64,000 nucleotides of DNA from Candidatus Latescibacterota bacterium (GTDB lineage Bacteria; Latescibacterota; UBA2968; UBA8231). The notes under the pieces were generated by a model. The model saw only the letters and a list, made by a program, of their open reading frames with translations. It was not told the origin of the DNA and did not search any database. Location of the stretch: the NCBI GenBank assembly GCA_963422735.1, contig OY730476.1:1792001-1856000 (forward strand), written 5' to 3'. Numbering within the stretch: the stretch's first letter is position 1; each line of letters starts with the position of its first letter. Position numbers and translations under genes: made by a program. Below are positions 60,973-64,000 of the stretch, in pieces.

Positions 60973-61143
60973 GGCAGTACCCTTCTAATTTGGTTGCAAA
61001 GGCAAATATAGAGCATTGAAAAAAGGGTGTCCATTTGCTGATGTCGAGCGTCTCCATGAAATTTTTCATAGTAGGTGTTGTTGTGTTCGTGAACTCGGGC
61101 GCGACTTGAGGGGTCAATAGAGCTAATTCAGAAAGGAGCTGCG

Positions 61144-61482
61144 ATGCGGAGCAAAGAGAAAATAATCGACGCTATAAAGACGCAGTGCGCCAACGTGCGA
61201 GCGCGCGGCCAGATCGCCGTCCAAGCACTCAAAGTACGAGCGGAGATCGCCGCTACCCGGAGCCGGCTGCGATCGGCCTTCGCCGATCTAGGCGAATCGG
61301 TTTACGCCAAGCTCAGCGCGGGCGAGGCGGTGGACTTCGCCGGCGATCTGGGCGACTTCAAGCTGCGCATAGAAGGGCTTAAGGCCGAGATCCGCCAGCG
61401 CGAAAAGGCCCTGCGGAAAATTGTGGAAGGGAACGCAGTGGCCGAGGCCGAGGCCCTCTCAGAGGACCACCGCTTGGTCTAA
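61144..61482 (+). CDS. Hypothetical coiled-coil protein
   Basis: AAAGGAG RBS; heptad-rich; ADLGESVY motif. Confidence 0.75.
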   Translation: MRSKEKIIDAIKTQCANVRARGQIAVQALKVRAEIAATRSRLRSAFADLGESVYAKLSAGEAVDFAGDLGDFKLRIEGLKAEIRQREKALRKIVEGNAVAEAEALSEDHRLV

Positions 61483-61686
61483 GAAGCGATCTGCTTCACC
61501 GAGCCTTTAGCGCGACAGATTCCGGGTGCGCCTATACGCCGACTTGAGCCGCCCTTATGGACGGAAATAGGGGTGATTTCGCTCGCCGCCGGCCGCCGCA
61601 CCGGTCCTGCCTAAAGGCCGGGTGGAGCAGGCGCGACAGGCCGCGATTTGTTGGGCTGGACACAGGAGCCGATCCCTACGGAGTTG

Positions 61687-61860
61687 CTAGCATTTATGAG
61701 ATGATTTCAATCCGATCCGCCCGTCAACTGCTGTCGCAAAGCTCCCGACTTGTTCAACGGTATAACGGTATAGATAACAGGTGCTGCGTCTAGGTAACGC
61801 CTTACTACTCCCAACTTTCCCGTTCAGTGTGTAGAGCAGCATCAACATCTTCCCGAGTTG
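61687..61860 (-). pseudogene. vapBC-type toxin-antitoxin relic
   Basis: Antitoxin-like tail REDVDAALHTERESWE* overlapping a PIN N-terminus RRYLDAAPVIYTV, broken by an 8-bp tandem duplication at 61756-61771. Confidence 0.6.
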
Positions 61861-61915
61861 GGGTTTATGGCCACGCACCTGCTGTCGAGCGCGTATATCT
61901 GCCATTAGCTCCCGA

Positions 61916-62264
61916 TTAGGAACGCGAGGCACCTAGCGAAGAAGGGACTACGTCAGCTAAGTACCGCTCCAACGCCTCTTTGACCACTTGGTTGAGGTTT
62001 GCGCCTTTTGCCTTGGCGCATAGGGCAGTGCGCCGATGTAGGTCACTGCCCATCCGCACGTTAAAACTGCCTTTGAACGGCTCCTTCCTGCTGGCATAGG
62101 TCGAGATAATCGTCCACCGCTTCTTCAAAAGCGGAGCGCAGTGAATCCACATCCGCCCCTTCGCAACGGACGAGATCGCGGATACGTTCGAGTTTGCCGT
62201 AGAAAATCCGGTCGTCGTCGTGAGCCGAGCCGGCGTAGCCCTTATAAGTCATCATGTCTTTCAT
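61916..62264 (-). pseudogene. hicB: HicB antitoxin, frameshifted
   Basis: MMTYKGYAGS...FEEAVDDYL in one frame and PFKGSFNVRM..DLHRR...LNQVVKEAL in another. A hicA-like tail (KALEQRGLI*) overlaps the start. Confidence 0.88.
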
Positions 62265-62438
62265 ATCAGTCCCCTCTGTTCAAGGGCTTTAGGCATCTAA
62301 GCACATTCCCCAAAAAGAGTACAGGCCACCCTTCATAGAGCAGCAACTATATTTAGTTGCCATATCAAATCCACTAAACCATTTTGGAGCGAACTCCAAA
62401 AAAGTTCGACTAATTTGGAGGAACATTCAAAATAGCCA

Positions 62439-63599
62439 CTACCAGTTCGTATGGGACCCATCCTGGCGGCGCAAGTGCGGTGCTTCCCAAAACTTGAACT
62501 CCTGTTCCTTGGCGAGCTCTTCGTTGAACTCCACACCCAGCCCCGGACCCTCGGGCACCTTCAGCATCGATCCCACCAATTCGCACTGCACCGGAAAGAG
62601 TTCCTCGTCCATAAACTTGCCTGCTTCGGTCGGCGTCACGCGGTGCTCAAGCCACGCGAAATTGGGCACCGCCGCTGCTAGATGTACTGTGGCCGCCGTG
62701 CAAATCGGGCCGAGGGGATTGTGTGGCATCAAGTCGATGTAGTGGGACTCGGCCAGGCCGGCAACTTTCATCGACTCGGTCAGCCCGCCGACATTGCACA
62801 CGTCGATCCGTGCAAACTGCGTGATTCCCCGTTCGAGATAGGGCAAAAACTGCCACTTGCTGGCAAATTCCTCGCCGATGGCAAAGGGAACATCCGTCAT
62901 GGTGCGGAGCGATTCGTAGGCTTCTGGGCACTCGTCGCGGATGGGTTCTTCGAGAAAGTCGAGCGTCCCCGGCGGCATCTTCTGGCAGAACGACGCGCTC
63001 TCGGCAATCGTCAGCCGATGGTGGTAGTCGAGGCCCAAGATCGGGTCGGGACCAATCTCTTGGCGCACTTGAGTCAGCCAAGCTGCCGTGATGCCAATGG
63101 TCTCGCGCGGCTCAAACAGCCGCTCGTCGTCGTACTGTTTGCGCTGGGCCATTCCCGTGCGAATCACGTCCCACCCCTTGTCCAACAGCAGCTTGCAATT
63201 TTTGACCAAGGTCTCTAGATCCGGTGCCCCGGTCGTCGCAAAGCAAGGCACCCATTCGCGTTGCTTGCCGCCCAAAAGCTGATAGACCGGCACGCCGAGT
63301 GCCTTGCCTACCACGTCGTGCAAGGCGATGTCGATCGCCGAAATCGCCGCCGTCAGCACCCGCCCGCCTTCAAAGTACTGGCCGCGGTACATCTCCTGCC
63401 AGAGTCGCCCGATTTCTCGTGGGTTGCGGCCGAGCAAAAACTCCCGGTAGTGCCGCACCGCGCCTACTACGGCCAACTCGCGCCCCGATAGCCCCGACTC
63501 GCCCCAGCCGTGGATGCCTTCGTCGGTCTCGACCTTGACGATGAGCTGATTGCGGTGGCCGACCCAAGTTGGATAGGCTTTGATGTCGCTGATTTTCAC
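62439..63599 (-). CDS. Mandelate racemase/enolase-superfamily dehydratase (galactonate dehydratase-like)
   Basis: VETDEGIHGWGE, SAIDIALHD, FLEEP, AIGEE, PHNPLGPI, DGSHTNW. Confidence 0.93.
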   Translation of the reverse strand: MKISDIKAYPTWVGHRNQLIVKVETDEGIHGWGESGLSGRELAVVGAVRHYREFLLGRNPREIGRLWQEMYRGQYFEGGRVLTAAISAIDIALHDVVGKALGVPVYQLLGGKQREWVPCFATTGAPDLETLVKNCKLLLDKGWDVIRTGMAQRKQYDDERLFEPRETIGITAAWLTQVRQEIGPDPILGLDYHHRLTIAESASFCQKMPPGTLDFLEEPIRDECPEAYESLRTMTDVPFAIGEEFASKWQFLPYLERGITQFARIDVCNVGGLTESMKVAGLAESHYIDLMPHNPLGPICTAATVHLAAAVPNFAWLEHRVTPTEAGKFMDEELFPVQCELVGSMLKVPEGPGLGVEFNEELAKEQEFKFWEAPHLRRQDGSHTNW

Positions 63600-63655
63600 G
63601 GGTAGTATCTCCTAATCTATAAAAGGTGACGCCAGATCGCGGCGACGGATATATA

Positions 63656-63680
63656 GGGCAACCACAAGGGTTGCCCCTAC
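63656..63680 (-). repeat. GTAG-family REP palindrome
   Basis: GTAGGGGCAACCCTTGTGGTTGCCC on the minus strand; supplies the suhB TAG stop. Confidence 0.75.
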
Positions 63681-64000
63681 GATGGTGGGCTGCGCAAAAG
63701 CGCGACCAATTGATCGTAGATTCCCGGCGCGGCTGCGACTAAGTCGCGGCCGTACAGTTCTTTCGGTAACTCGCCTTCCACGGGTTGCAAGTGCCCGACG
63801 CGAGCACCCGCTTCCCGCGCAATTAGTGCCGCCGCCGCCAAGTCCCAGGGCTTGAGCGCCTCGTAAAAGCCATCGAGCCGGCCCATCGCCACCCAGCAGA
63901 GATCAATGGCTGCCGAGCCTACGCGGCGGATGTCGCGGCAGTGCCCGAGGACGCGGCGCAAACGCTCCACCAGCACCACTCTGGCTTCGGCTTTGTAGGG
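63677..64000 (-). CDS. suhB: Inositol monophosphatase family protein, 5' partial
   Basis: [38 protein letters not shown]. Confidence 0.9.
   Translation of the reverse strand, partial: PYKAEARVVLVERLRRVLGHCRDIRRVGSAAIDLCWVAMGRLDGFYEALKPWDLAAAALIAREAGARVGHLQPVEGELPKELYGRDLVAAAPGIYDQLVALLRSPPS

Overview
High-GC bacterial chromosome segment. The gene content (four PhyH dioxygenases, enolase-superfamily enzymes, Zn-dehydrogenases, a secreted protein with a PNPFNPSTTIRF FlgD-Ig tail) suggests an FCB-group organism such as Latescibacterota; this is an inference. Housekeeping genes include polA, metG, queC/queE, tamB/tamA, ilvD, tmRNA, pdxS/pdxT and a partial suhB, interleaved with sugar-acid catabolic genes. 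Accessory or decaying DNA includes a DUF1156-type adenine methyltransferase at the left edge, a lower-GC islet (about 8.7-13.4 kb) with a frameshifted secreted Vps62/NPP1-like multidomain gene and a chimeric duplicate, a helicase-DUF559 gene broken by an in-frame amber codon right after tmRNA, three relic toxin-antitoxin loci, three copies of a ~210-bp MITE, heptamer arrays and one GTAG REP. The best novel candidate is an unannotated ~300-nt minus-strand transcription unit at 16654-16989. It has its own sigma70 promoter and terminator, stacked hairpins, a 15-nt complement of the 16S 3' end, and a chain of three overlapping micro-ORFs. CCWGG also appears strongly depleted, with CCTAG/CCAAG enriched (by eye, not computed). 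All calls come from reading motifs; no searches were run.
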